Part shown: positions 23,144-38,100 of the stretch, piece after piece
Layout: every line of letters starts with the position of its first letter
How positions within the stretch are numbered: position 1 is the stretch's first letter
Assembly: GCF_963506605.1 (NCBI RefSeq)
Contig: NC_083278.1
Span: 39,432,001 to 39,496,000, forward strand
DNA from: Zootoca vivipara
Taxonomy: Eukaryota
Direction: 5' to 3'
DNA length: 64,000 bases
Position numbers and translations under genes: made by a program
The notes under the pieces: model-generated
What the model saw: only the letters and a program-made list of their open reading frames with translations
Told to the model about the DNA's origin: nothing
Databases searched by the model: none

Positions 23144-26100
23144 CTGGGTAGTAAGTAAGTTCACTGATGAGAGATGGCAGCATAATTTCTAAGCCTGACT
23201 GTTTCATTTAGAAAACCTTTCATTTATACTTGTTTTAAGTATAAAAGTCGGGAGCATCGGACGGGGCTTCGGAGAAGCGCTGCGCCTCTCCAAAGCCCCG
23301 TCCGATGTCTGCTTTGTGCCAGGCGGCAGTGGGAGAAGCGGAGGGACGGCGGCTTTGGCTTGGTGGCGGCGGGAAGAAGGGAGGAATTCCTCCCCTTCAT
23401 CCCGCCACCGCCAAGCCAGTCAGCAGCGGGGGCTTTTCGCCGTTTGCGTTCCCCCAAGGGGGAGGCAAACGACGAAAAGCTGCCTCCCGCGCCGTACTTC
23501 GGCTGGGCCAGAGGAATTCCTCCCCTTCTTCCCGCTGTCGCCCAGCCAGTCCCCAAGCCGAAGGCAGTGAGCTGCAGGGGCTGTTCATCATTTGCCTCCC
23601 CCTTGGGGGAACGCAAACGACGAAAAGCCCCCGCTGCTGACTGCCTTCTCGGGGAAGGCAAGTGGGTGGGGTACGTGTCCCCCGCTTGCCTTCCCTGAGA
23701 AAGCCGGGGCGCCTGGGGCCGCCTCCACTGCGCCTGTCACCTGCTGAGCGGCTTCAGACCGCTATCCTGAGGCGCGCGTGTGCCTCTGGAGAGCGGGCTG
23801 AAGCCCCTCAACAGCTGACAGGCGCCGGCTAAGCACACCTCCCCGGGCAAAGAGACCCGCGTCTATGGCGGTGGGTCTCTTTGCCCGGGGTGTGCGGAGC
23901 CGCCGCTTCGCCCCCTCACAGCAAAGAGACCCACCCGGCAGTGGGTCAGGCGGGATGGGGGGAAAAGGCAGGATCATCAGGGCTTGACATCCCGCTTTCC
24001 CCACCACCACCCGACAGTGTGGGGATGGGACGAGGCTTCTCAAGCCTCGTCCGATCCCCGGGCAGTGTGTGTGTGGAAAAGCGGAGCCAAATTCCTCCCC
24101 TTCGCCCCAGCTGAAGGCAGTCAGCAGCGGGGGCTCCCCAAGGGGGAGGCAAACGACGAAAAGCCCCCTCCCGCGCCGCACTTCGGCTCAGGGACTGGCT
24201 TGGCGGCAAGAAGGGGAGGAATTTGGCTCCCTCTCCCGATGCGCTTCGGCTCGGGGAAGCAGGCAGGGAGATGGCAACAGTCCAGGAAGCTGCGGGCTGT
24301 TGCCGTCTCCCTGCCTGCTTCTCCGAGCCGTAGCGCATCAGGGGACAGATCCGAAGATCAGTGGGCGCTGTTTGCCGGGGTTGACAAGCCCCGGCAAGCA
24401 GCGCCCCCCCCATCTTCGTGTGACAGGCGGTGGGGAAGGCAGGCAGGCAAGAGAGCAAGCGCCTGCCTGCCCCGCCGCCAGTCCCCCGGAGCCCATAGGA
24501 ACACATTGATTAAGTTTCAATGCATTCCTATGGGAAACCGGGACTCGCTAGACGAAGAATTTGTTACACGGATTGACCCGTGGAATGAATTAATTTCGTC
24601 TAGCGAGGCACCACTGTACTTGTTACATTAAGCATTTTGAAGGGCATTTGCACTCAAACATTTGAAACTTAAAACATTTGACTTTTTAAAGAGAAGAATT
24701 CCCTGTTTTATTTACCTGCTGGAGTTCTTGTTCTCTTTGTTCATATCTGGCCTCCAAGTGTTTGATCTTCCTTTCTAGACACACAAATCGTTTCATCTCT
24801 GGGGTCTGGCTCTCCCTAGCCTCTCCAAGTTCTTCTAACAGTTTTGCCATCTAAAATTTGAGAACATGATATTACCTGTTTTGTTTTTCTGTGTATACTC
24901 GACCGCATTAGCAGCAACAGATGCTCTTACACCTACTCAAAACATTTCGGGGGTTGGAGTTTCCCCAAAAGGAATTCAGTAAGCACACCATCCCCATTGA
25001 TTTAGTATGGGGTGCAACACACTGGAATCTAATAATAAATATTAGGGATATTTTATTTTAATAAAGAGGATAGAAGTTATCCGGATTGCATTAGCTTAGT
25101 GGCAAGGCTAGAATCCCAAGTAGATTTGCTAGAGAGAGCTCCTGCAGCCAATTGGAAGCTGCAGAAGCCCTGTTGGACGTTCAGCTTCCAAAAGAACGTT
25201 CGAAAACTGGAACAGCCACTTCCGGGTTTTGATCGTTCGGGAGCCAAAACGTTTGAGAACTAGGCTGTTCGAAAACCAAGGTATGACAATATGTGTGTGT
25301 GTGTATGTATGCGCACATTCAGTCACATCTAAAAATTAGCTTTAAAATGCAATGGAAAACTCTGGCTTAAAGTCTCGCTGAACGAAGCACCAAAGCCAAT
25401 ACATAGATTGCAGACAGGGGGAAGAGGGCAGAGTCTGGGCACCACGTCATTGTTCCTGCTCAGACTGTCATTTTAAAGAATCAAAATTCTAATACTGTAC
25501 TCTGAATTACCTCTTTTTGAAGAATTTCCTCCCGCTTTTGTGAAACCGCAAGTGCTTCTTGATCTCTTTGCAACTCACGAACTTGTTGCTGAAGATGTTT
25601 AATAAAGACCTATGGAAAGATTCTCAATTGTTAGAAATTTCCAACAAAGTATCTCTTGACTCCCATTACAAGTAGGTAAGTGGAGCTTTGGTTTAACAAC
25701 TTGAACTTTTGTTGACTAAAGCTGTATTAAGATCACTTGAATTTACCGCTGACTAAGCATGGAACACAAAAAGACACTGGAATGGAGGCGAATTGTGAAC
25801 TTCACCTTAAATGAATACAAAACTATAACTATAGTATATTTCAGAGGCAAGATAACAGTACAAAACATTGAGAAACAGGAAACGCTGCCCGTTTTTAGGA
25901 AGCAGTGAGACAGACGACTGGTCTTCCTCACCTCCTGTGCTGAAATTTTGCTATTTAACTCGGCTGCCTTGGAAGTTGAATGCTCCATAGCATACTGACA
26001 AAGAATCTTCTCCAGCTCCTTTTGATGTGATGCTTTAAGCGCTGTAGTGTATTCTTCCAAATCTTCCTTTGCTCTGTAAATGTTGCAAAATAAAATAGTA

Positions 26101-29100
26101 TGTAGAAGTTTGTTGGAAATGTCAGAAAATAACACAGCATTTTCATGAGAAACAGCACGTTATTTTAGTTTTGTATGTGCATTTATGCTTGTGATGTTCC
26201 TGTAGCAGTATCCTTTTCTGCCTAGAATCCTTCCTGTACCATATTTCTTGGCTCATGTACAAAAGGAGGGCAAGGGATAAGAATGCTAAAGAAACGTTGG
26301 GCTTGCCCCCAAATGAACCTGGCATTAACCTTGGTCTGCATGCCCTTTACAAATATTTGGCATGTGGTCTTCCCAGCTGGATAGGTACTGTGACATGGGA
26401 AAGGGGCTTGAAGCCTTTGTCCCCCAATCATGGTCCCAACTGGAAATGCCATCCCCACCATGCAGTGCTAACCATGGGAGAAAATGGTGCCAACTGAAGA
26501 TTTTATACAATTGCAAATAGCAGGCGTCAGGGGAAACAGAATCAGGTATGCAGTTGGGGAAAGGAGTTTAAAGCTCCTCTTGTCATGGCCCCAATCCAAC
26601 TCCTCCTGTGCCTACTACATTTTGAAAATACAAGCACAAGGTTAAAGATATGAAGAAGGTCATGCCTAGCTTGGCCCTTAGTCACTGATGGGGACAGCTG
26701 TCTTAGAACCGAACTGCATATTATATTCAACACATCACATTAAATGTAATGTGTATGCTTATGTGTGAGGTCCCCCCCTAGAAAATAGCTATGGAGTATC
26801 AGTGAAATTATTTGGGGTGACATTTACACGCCCAGATTTACAGCTAGGCTGAGCTCACTTGAAGATAGAATACATAAATAAAGATGTATGTGTCACAAAG
26901 ATGTTAAAAATAACCAGAGTCTTAAAACACATTCTTTCTCCTCCTGCTGCTCCAAGCCACCACTGCCCCAAATGGAATGACAGCCTTTTGCAACTGCGTT
27001 ACAATTAAAATAAGGATGGTGGGGAGAGGAAGTCATTGTTTTCCAGCATAAGGTTTTCATTGTTCAGTGAGCAAGGCCATGCATAACTCATTGACTCTTC
27101 CCATGTTGGAAGCACAATACAAAAAATCTCCGTTGGCTTAATTTACACAGTTTGCAGAAATGGCAGAATATGGTTTTTCTGTGCCCAGAGTTGGTAGTCG
27201 GGTTATTAGAACAGTGTACCTACAAGCAGGAGTAGGAAACCTGTAGCCATGCAGATGCTGGTGGATTCCAACTCCATCAGCCCCATTAATGACTATAGAA
27301 GACATGAGTTCTAGTCAAAAACATCTGGATGCTGCCAGGTTCCCCACTCCTGCCCCAAGCCAAGGAGTGACCTAGAACATCACATTTTAAAAACTGCTCA
27401 GTGATAAGTGAATTACCTTCTTACAAGACTTTCAGAATTTGCCATGGCTGCTTGAGCTTTTATCCTTTCCTGGCTTAGTTCTAGAGTCAACTTTTCTACA
27501 TCATCTTTCAGACGGCTGTTTTCTTGCAGGACTTCTGAAATGTGACAATCGGCAAAAGCATTGGGCTGATATATTTTCTCATCGAGAGTGCCGGGGAAGA
27601 ACTCCTCATTTCTGGGGTTCAGTTGACTAGGTTTGCCAATATCCTTTTTCAGGATTCCTGAAGGCTTTTCTTTAGCATCTGCTTTGCCAGATGAGAGCAT
27701 AATCCTCCTCTCTTTCTGAAGCCTTTCTACAGTTTTTGTGAGGTCTTGTATCTCTCTGTTTTTGGCAATCATTTCCTGATTTAGTCTTACCAGCTTTGCT
27801 TTAGAGTGAGCCTGCTCCACCTGGTATTCTAGCGACTGGAGGTCCGCATCATCTTTTGCTTTCTTCTGCAGCTCTAGCTGACCTAACTGGTTTCTGAGAG
27901 AGTTTATTTCAGCCTGAAGGTTTTGCACTGTGATCTGGTGGGCTTCATTTACACTACAGAGTTCTCTTTCATGAGCTGCAAGGGTGGCGGCCTTGTCCGG
28001 ATGCTTCTGCGGCTCATTTAGCAACTTATATTCCAGCAGCTGCTCAAGCTCCCCAATCCTCTTCTCGTACTGAATCTGCAAAGACAAGACCCCATGAAGT
28101 GACGCTTCCTAGGTAAATTTGATTTGCATCATACACACAGCCGGGATAGCCCAGTTGATTAGAGCATGGTGTTAATAATGCCAAGGTTGCAGGTTCGATC
28201 CCCATATATTCCTGTATATTCCTGCATTGCAGGGGTTTGGACCAGATAATCTGCAGGGTCTTTTCCAGCTTTTTACAATTCTATGATTCATTGCAATGAG
28301 CTTGTATTCAGACTAACTGTGAATGCCACTCTGCTCATGGGATGCTTCCATGGGTGCAAAGGGAAGAGGCAGGTTTTGTGACTCCCTCACCCTTAAGCCC
28401 CCTGTGGAGCTTAAGGAAAGGATAAAAGGGCTCAGATAAAGAAACACCCTAATTCAGCAAGTTCTGCATATGTAAGCAGCCTTCCACACATATTGTTAAT
28501 ATGGAAGCTGATAGGCTCAGAGGAGCATCCCAGTGGGGATGTGGGTCTAGGGGCCTAAGTGAACTTGCTGTAGGCATCTTTTGCTATGAATATGCACCTG
28601 AGTCACAGGAGCGAGCAGACTTGTTGTCCATGAATATGCCTGCGTTGGAGCATGTCTATAATATTAAAGGTGTTGAAATTTCTGGTGCTAGAATATGAAG
28701 AGTTTTTAAAGAATATATTAAAGGTAATCATGATATAATTCCCACTCATTGGTTCTTTACTGTAGGATTCAGTCAACACTTGGGAGCGCCTAGGAGCAGC
28801 TCAAGCTACTCGTCAGGAAAAACAAAAACTACGCAACCACACCAAAACAATACTGCTGCTTAAAAGCACAGTGGAGTCTTAAGTCACCTTTATCTTTTGA
28901 AACTGCTGCTCCATGGCACGGAGACTTTTCTTCGCTTCATCATCTTTACCCTCAAGTTCGGCTTCCAGCTTCTTAACTCTTCTCTCAAGAAAATCCACTG
29001 TATTCGTTTTTGCTGATGGATTGCCTTCCCCTTCAGAAGCAGTGGCCGTGGCAGCAGCATATATCAAAGCTGGCAAAGAATTTGGGTTCCTTCGTTTCAG

Positions 29101-32100
29101 TATCCCTTCCATTTCTTTAACCTTTCAAAAATTAACACAACAACTATTAGTTGCTGTGTTTTAACTAGGCTGAAAAGAATCGCATGAGCTGAATTTTCCC
29201 AATGACAGAAAATATACTGCCAGTAATTAAGATCATGGATGCAATCCTGTCTACACACTTTGCACTGCAAAAGTTTTAGAAATATAATTTTAAATTTGGA
29301 AGCACTATCATTAATGAGACATGGGATCTAAAAAAAAAGTCACATAGTAAGTGTGCCTAAGATCTTGGGCACACAGACAGGCTTTTACAACTTCTTTTTT
29401 AAAAAACAACTGAACAGCAGACCCAGTGCCTTATCACAATACTCCTCTCTTGCAAAAATGGTTTGCTAGATGCTAGGAAGATGAATACTGGTGTCGACTG
29501 AGAACAGAGAAGGGACCATAGCTCACTCATGGAGATTTGCATGCAGATGATAACAGCATCAATCCTGGGCATCACCACTTAAAATAAATTAGGTAGCAGG
29601 TGATGAAAAAGACCCTTGGCAGAGACCCTGGAGAATCACTGCCTGTTACTGTATATGATAACACCCAACGTTCCCTTGAGGATCTGGAACTAGTTGTATG
29701 ATTCTTTCCTATATGCCATAAACATACACATACAGGAATTGAGAGTATAAGGAAGTAATAGCTTTAAAAGGCATCACCAATTAAAACCACAAAATTATCT
29801 CTGACATAAATATCTATAGACCACATAATTTTAAAAAAATCTTTAAATTTTGTTTCATAAACACATGTAGCAAAAACTTCATTACATATTACTTATCTCA
29901 TATATGAAGTCTGGATTGCAGTTTCTTGTCGGACACTCAATGCTCCTCGCCTATCTGGAATTTGATGCCCTATCGTTGTATACAATGCTATTTGAAACCT
30001 TGCAATATATAGTTAGAGATATACAGTGGAACCTCGGTTTATGAACACCTCGGTTTATGAATTTTCGGTTTATGAACGCTGTGGACCCATCTGGAACGGA
30101 TTAATTCACTTTCCATTACTTTTAATGGGAAAGTTCGCTTCAGTTTATGAACGCTTCAGTTTATGAACAGACTTCCGGAACCAATTACACCCATGTTTCA
30201 GTTTATGAACGCTTCAGTTTGAGTACTTCGCGGACCCGTCTGAAACGGATTAATCCACTTTCCATTACTTACAATGGGAAAGTTCGCTTCAGTTTATGAA
30301 CGGTTACTCCACGGACCGTCTGGAACAGATTAATCCACTTTCCATTACTTTCAATGGGAAAGTTCGCTTCAGTTTATGAACGCTTCAGTTTATGAACAGA
30401 CTTCCGGAACCAATTGTGTTCATAAACCGAGGTACCACTGTATGGGAAGTAGTGTTTTGTTGTGCTGACGATTTGCCATTATTCCTTTCCTAAAGCATAA
30501 ATGGGGAAAGTGGTAGCCCTCCAGTTGTTGCTGGGACAACAACTCCATTCTTGACCACTAGTCATGCTGGCCAAGGCCAAGCAAAGGCAGCCGGAGTCCA
30601 CAAACATCTGAAAGGCCACAGTGTCCCCATCTCTGTCCTACAGCACTCCCATTTACAGGTACCTAATTTTATCAGCCGAATCAACCCTGGCGATCAATGG
30701 GGTGACAGATGTCGCACCCAGATCACCCCTTTGCCAGTTGTGCACCATTACAACTGGTACAATCTAAATTATTAAGATCAGCCCTACAAGTGCTTAAACA
30801 CGCCTCAAATGCTACCATACAGCTTGAAACTGGATTCATAAGAATAGAGGCCAGAGTATGGCTCGCCACACTAAATTACCGGCCGAGACTATCCTTCCTC
30901 CCTTAACTGTTGAGGGGAATGGTTGTACTACGTGCCTGCCGCTCAAGGTCTTGAATTCGTTTGGCATCTGCCGCCCTGTCCTTCAGCCGTTTCTTTTGTT
31001 GTGCAGACTGATTCCCAGCTTCACTTCTAAGCTGATCCACCTACACAGTACACAGAGAGGCACACAGAAGAGTGATGTAAGCAATCCATTCATTTTATCA
31101 TTAGCACGACCTCCTCTTTAAAACCGGTAAAGACTTGCATGTGTACGAACAAGAACGATAAACACAGAAATTGGTAACCATGGTGCATGGGAAATGATCC
31201 CCTCAATCTTATTTACAAAACTTGTAATTTAAGCAGCAGGGGAAAATCAGTACCAACATGGTAAATGAATGGGTCGTTTTTATCCCAGTTTAGTTAGTGC
31301 CAAACGATATGTGCAGAATGTTCTAACCACATATGCTGGAGTGGAAACTGAATTACAGCCTAGACACTGACAAACCCTGGCCTACCATGAAACCAAAGAA
31401 AGGGAGACCATAGGCTGAGATGGGGAACTTTATGACAGATAAATCTATAATCATAAATGTGCAAGCAAAACTGCGTAAGCCCCTGACAGCTGGAAACCTG
31501 AAGGACATTAGATGGGATTGAGCCCAAGTGTCACTACTCAGCTCTGGCCGAAAGGGAATTGCAGCAACAATTCCCAAAGTAAAATTCCCAAAGTTCAGGC
31601 TGCATGGTACCCATGCCTTTTCTCTTATCTCTATGTGAAGAAGTAAGATTTTGCTGGCTGGTCTCGGGTGGCCTTTGCCTTGCTACTGCCTTGAATGGTA
31701 CTGGAGGGAAGTCTGACAATGCAATCACCTCGTGCTGCAGTTTATCAATTTCTTCTTTAGCTCCTCGAAGGCGAGCTGCATCTCTATCCAAGAGTTCCTG
31801 ATTTTCTGCATACCACTGGAGTCTTTTCTGCAAGCGATCAATTTCGTCTTTGTATGATTCTTCTACAATCTTCATCTCATATGATTTTTCAGCTAGGAAG
31901 AAAATGTTCCAATTAAAAATGTGTGACAAAGCATAGCCGACTCAAGACTAAGCTTATTTTGGGCATTGGGGAAAAAATAGAGGCAAATTAATTTTAAATA
32001 TCTTAAGGCATTCTACAGAAGCCATAAGATATTTAGATTGCCTCTTTGTGGTGAAAACGACTCTTGTAAAAAAAAAAGCTATAAATCATTGTTTTAAAGT

Positions 32101-35100
32101 CTGATGATTTGTGGTGGCGGCGGAGAGCTTTTTCGAGAGCTGCTATTCCTTCCTTTCCATTCTAATAATATACATAGGAAGATCAGACTACTAGTGATAT
32201 GCAAAGAACCAGTGGCTTTGAACCAACCCCCCCCCCCCAAATAATTCTATCCGACGTTGCCATCAAAAGGAATTTAGGAAAATTTCTCCCACTGCCCCCA
32301 GTCTTTGATGCATACTTTCTCTCTTGGAACTGCTCATTGCCTGTCCCCAATTCAAATGTGAGCAGTTTCCTTTGCATGCAAAGGGTCCTAGGTTCAATCT
32401 CTAGCATCTCCAGAAAGGAGCAAGATCAGATCAGGTGATGGAGAAGACCTGACACTTTGAAGAGGACCTTGCATTAGGCAGCTTCCTATGCTTGTATGAT
32501 GATAAATTGTTTCGTTTGTTAGATTTTCATCACACAGGCCCACCGCCTGGTAGACAACTCACAAAGCAAGTGTTGTGCAGTACCCACCTGCTCACATGTT
32601 TCTGGAGGGGTAGCTGCCAATGTATATATAATCCACCTACTGTCCCCCACCCATTTCTCTCGATTACCTCACTCTTCCCTGGTGTGTTAATGCAAGACAC
32701 AGTATCACAAAAGCTTAATACAGTATTAATGGAAACACAGATTTTATATTCAGTGAAGTAAAAGATCTTATTATTAAACTGAAGATTAACCTGTTCAGAA
32801 GCAGTGCTTTACCTGAAGTGGAAGTGATCTGGGCTCTTGCTAAATCTCGTTCCTTCTTCACTTGCACCAAATCTACTTCAAGGGCTTGCTTGTCTTGCTT
32901 TAGACGCTTTCTCTCTTCGAGCAAATTGCTTTCTATAGCCTTCATCCCCCCACCCCAGGAAAACAAAAGAGAGATACAGAAAACATGCCATGAGGATACC
33001 ACTTCTTCTAACCATTGAACTGAACTGAACTGATAATCATCACAGATGCCTGGATAAAGTGAGAGATTTCCAGGCATAGACCTGCTGTATTGGGGCCACA
33101 GCATGGGAAAAAGGAGCCTCAGCTACACAGCAGAGGGGAGCAGATTTCCCCTTGTCCCAGCAGAATCAATGTAATGCAAATTACACTGTCTTGTTTAGAG
33201 GTCTCCATGCAGCTTGGCCACAGCAATTTATCGTAAATGGCCCATTTGTTTCATTATTTGAAATAAAAATAAAAATAGTAATAACTTGTTGGCAAAATGT
33301 ATAATGTTTTAAGTGGTGACTTAAACTAGTCTAAAGAAAAAGCATAAATACTTGCCTTGGCAGCTCGAAGTTCTAAAAGCAGGTCAGTGAAACTCTGATT
33401 CCCAGCTGATTCAGCATTCTGCACTCCACATGATAAAAGGTTATTTTTATCCTGTTGCTCTCTAGTTTAATTTTTTTTGGGGAAAGAGAGGATTATTAAT
33501 TTTATACAGTTCATGGTTTGTTGAAGTAGTTCTATCTAAACACTATTCCTGCAATTAAATCAGAGTAATTTTTACAATATCCAGTCCTTGTTAACTCATG
33601 CTGGCCTGATTCACATGTCACGTCAAGGTATAGTTTGGTGCTGATCGTTGGAAGACTGTTTTACTCTCTCTGGTGAAAAATATTGGTGAATGTTTCTTTT
33701 CCCTAGTACTGTCAGAGTGAGAGGCTGTGAATCTAGTGGGAGTCAGCACCCATAGGTAAGAAGTAGTGGTGGGTGAATGTCAAAGTACCCCAGGTGAGCT
33801 TTGGGATAGGCTACCTGAGACTTTGTCTCCCTGTCTCTTGCAATTTATTGTATCTTCTGCCTCCCCTTCCCTGCTGCATTCTCTCTTTATGTGATGGTGG
33901 GTTGGTTGGATGGGCACTGTATTGTTGACTGCTATGATGCATTGGGGGTTGATGTGAATGGTTGGTAATCTGCATGCAGTGTGTGTTTACAGGGAGTTGC
34001 CCAAAGCCAGGACGCAGGAGATCATGCGAGTTGGTGACAGAAGGAAAAAATAGGCACGGCTAGTGGTGGGAATGGAACAAAAATGCTCACATCTGATGCC
34101 TGTATCTGCCTCCCCACAGCCCCAGAATACTGTTGGATGCTCTTCCACTGTGCCCAAAAGCTTGGTGGTGCTATTGCTAAATGCCAGGTCTGTACAGAAT
34201 AAGACCATGCCCATTCATGATCTAATCATGGGTGAGAGTGCCCAATGGCATGCATTACTGAAAAATGGGTGAGAAAGATAAGGGGAGAGGACTGCACCCT
34301 TGGTCTTATTTACTGCTAGGTGTATTCTGTCACTGAAAAAGTGCAATTCATATGATTTTCTTCAATCTATTTCACACACAGTAACTACTTTTTCCCATCA
34401 GTTAGTGAGGGTCCTCTCCCCCTTTCATTCGAATGGAATGTTAATGTGTTGTATGATACCCCTTTTCTTTGGTATAATGTATTCATGCATATATATTTTT
34501 TCACTGTAAGTTCCTTGAAGACTCTTTAGATGACAAGCGACTAAATTTAATAAAACAAATAAATAATCGTTGTTACACTACTTCTTGAAAAGTTAAAGAA
34601 ATGGAATGGACACTGAAAAGAAGACACCCAAACTCTTTGCCAGCTTTGATACATGGCTGCTGCTACAGTCAAATGGTATATAATTTTTTTAAATAAATAA
34701 ATAAATGATGGTATTTGTGATCCTAAAACATGATTAAGCTGACTTCAATGGAGGAATTAAGTTTAACTCCCTTCCACACAAAAAATGGGACATGCACTTC
34801 AATCCTATGTACGCTTACTTGGGAAAGAGACCTATAGTGTTCATTGGGGCTTAATCGCAAGTATGTGGCGAGCTTCCTCTTTACATTCACATTAAGACTT
34901 GCTTAAAGTCATCTACATTTTTCATTAGATCCTCAAATAAACTCACCTTAAAGACACCAACTCAGCCATCAAACGCTGGTTCTCTTTAAACATGTTTTCT
35001 TCATTTTTCTTGTTATTTAGCTGCAGCTCTTTCACTTGATTATATAATCTTTCATTTTCCTTCATTAAAATATCAAGGATTAATTCACTTAATTATTATG

Positions 35101-38100
35101 TATTCATGTGGAATACACTTCTTAGAAATTACTCTTTACAAATTCCAGAAGGGTAGCCTTTTCTTCCGTCTCCATATAAGTAAGTACCTCATTGAACTAA
35201 TCAATGCACAATGTCCCTTGCTTATGAGCGGACTAACATTGTCATGCATATCCCAGCAATTGTCGAGCTGCTTTACCTTCATTATCGGCCTTTTATATAC
35301 CAATTTCAGATACCAATGTCTTTTCATATCTCGGTGTGAAGGCCTTTGACCTTCAACAATCTGGTCAATTCACTATCAAGCTCCCCAACTCCCCTTTTAT
35401 TTTTATACAATGCACCATAGTTCTCAACCTGGATACAGCTTTAAAAACTGACTGTGTAAATAATCTGTAAAATTTACCCAGTGAAGCCACAGTATTAAGT
35501 ATCTCTACCTGTTGATACCCTTGAAGGAGTCTCTCCTGATTTTGGACTTCTTTTTGGATTTCTTTCAGCATTTCTCCATCAGGAATTCTTTCCAAAGCAT
35601 TTGACAACTTTGTTCCTTTGTCTGGGTCTTCTCTATTATTTAGCTGAGAAAACATGAACTACGAATAAAGTATACTTTATAAAATCGCTAGGAAAACAAA
35701 GCCCTTATTAACAGATTCCTGTACATTTAACAGACTGTTCTCTTTAATAATCATATTGGTATCCTATGCCTGTCTCCTTGCAATATAGCAAAACACGTAA
35801 GGGGGTGGGGAGCAGCTTGCTTGGCTACCAGTTGAATTAGCCTTCTCCTAAAAGCAAAAGGTCACTTCCTGCAAGGTGTTTTAGCTAGCTATGAGAGACA
35901 ACATTTTATCCATGGCTTGCCATGATTTCCAATTTGATTTTATCAGAACTAAAATGAAAGATATATGGTAGTAAATGCTGTTTTTAGTGAACTGTATTAA
36001 AAGGTGTTTTTTTTTAAAAAAATTGAACAGGGAAAGGATATAACTAGGTATAGTACCTGTGTTTGAAGAATGTAATTTTCTTGGTTTAGCTGAAAAAGGT
36101 CTTTATCTTGTTGCATTTTCATTTCTAGGATCTTAGTCTCCATTTCCTTCTCCTTTTGCAAAGATGCGGCTTTTAGATTCTGAATCAAATCATGGGCTGC
36201 GGCCAATTTTTCCTCTGCTTCCTGAACTCTTTTTAGTAAATAAAGCTCCCTCCCACTATTTTGGGATGGAGAATATGAGGCAACCTGCTGTGGGGAAGGA
36301 AAAAGTATACTATTCTGACAGCTCATCGCAGAACCATGATTTATGGATCATTTTCTTTCAGCTCTGTAGTACAAATTGCAAGTTTTGAAATTTTCAAAGA
36401 CTGAATTTTATGAGAACCATTTAGTATTTTAAATTGAGAGAGGAAAACAACAACAATGCAAGTAAGTTTCCCATGTAACAAGACATCAGCTTCAAGGTCA
36501 GCTTGTTTCAAGCATGAGGTAGCTGTGGCACTGCAGAAAAAAACTTCATGCATTAAAAATGCAGTCAGTTGTTTGGGAGCACCTTGTGCTGTAGCATAGA
36601 TATGGATGTGATCAAATTAACAGACGGAGGACCATTGGATGAGAAGTGAAATAAACATTATTTATTATTTAGGTCCAATTCAGTCTTTCCACAAATGGAA
36701 AGGGAAAAGGGCTCCTTATGTTTACAGAAGAGGCTATGATTCAGTGAAGGCTTACATGAATGAGCAGGGCTGGAGGTTGCCACTTCCTACACTCTCATTT
36801 ATGGACCTCTGCATCCAACTCTATGCAATTTTAAATGACAGCTGCCCTGCCTTCAGTGGACACTTATTCTATTAAATTCAAAGAGAAGGCAACACACTTT
36901 TGTAACCCGAACAGGATCTCTAATGCTGCACACCCTTTTTGTGCAATGATTTGGAGTTACATTGTAAGTCCAGTGTAAATCAGGCCACAGATCAGAACAG
37001 ATGAGAATGCATTAAATTACATGTATATTCTCTTCTCACATTTGTGAGGGTAGACAACCTGGGTGATACTGAGACACTCCGGTACAGCAGGGATTCCTAG
37101 GATTCTACAAAAAGCTTATATCTGCTGCAGTGCTGTTATTCCCTTGCAAGCCCCCTTTAAAAAAATCAATTTAGGAGCAATGACTTACATTGTGTGTCTG
37201 TAGACAAGAGTCACTTTCTTTAGTTGGCTGCTGAAAACTGCTTGCAGATGACTGTCCAGGTGTAACATAGTAATTTCTCTTTGTAGAAACTGGATTGTTT
37301 GCTGTCTGTATTGTCATAGTTCCAGAAAATGTTTCTTTGATGAGAAAAAAATAAATAGTGGGCCCTGTAATCTTAATAGCCCTAGCTATTTATATGGAGA
37401 CATAATATTTCTTTGAACAGATCATGCAATGTACAAGAGGAAAAGCTAATACTAGTACTGGGCGAAATTCCATGATGCCTGTTCACTAGTAAGAATAGAC
37501 TTCTGCTTCCATAAAATAACTTCCCCTTCCTTTCCTCCTCTCTGCTGTGTTGGGGGAACTTCCAGAGGAGGTGGACGGCACTCATGTGACATTAAATGTT
37601 GCCCACTGCTGTTGTCTTCCTGCTTTAAAATTACAGAACCAAATACTGCTGCCATACTTCCAAACCACTTTCCACAGTTCACTATTCTTCTTTATATCAG
37701 TGTTTCTCAACCTTTTTTGGGCCACGGCACACTTGTTCCGTGAAAAAAATCACGAGGCACACCACCATTAAAAAAGTTAAAAAATTTAACTCTGTGCCGC
37801 CCTATATTATAATTATGACTGTAAGAAACACCTGCCAAATATTGCTTTCCGGTGGGTTAGCGGAGAGTATTGGCGGCCGCCAGGCTCGTTTGCACTGAGC
37901 TTTGGGAAAGAGGAGGAGAATTATTGCTTTCTGGCGGGTCAGTGCTGATTATTAGCGGCCGCCAGGCACGTGACAATGCAAATCGCCCTTCTCGTCACCG
38001 CACATCGCGGCACACCAGCCAGCGTCTCGCGGCACACTATGTGCCGTGGAACAGCAGTTGAGAAACGCTGCTTTATATATCCCATTACCCGCTAAGTATT

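Noticed and set aside
23224-24631. Many overlapping 60-215 aa ORFs
   Set aside because: By-product of GC-rich repetitive transposon sequence; no recognisable domains.
28139-28210. Possible tRNA-Ile gene
   Set aside because: Acceptor stem is not formed and the sequence runs directly into a SINE body and tail; it is a SINE head.
30024-30440. CRISPR-like repeat array
   Set aside because: Eukaryotic DNA; the units repeat in full without unique spacers and lie inside a TA-flanked MITE.
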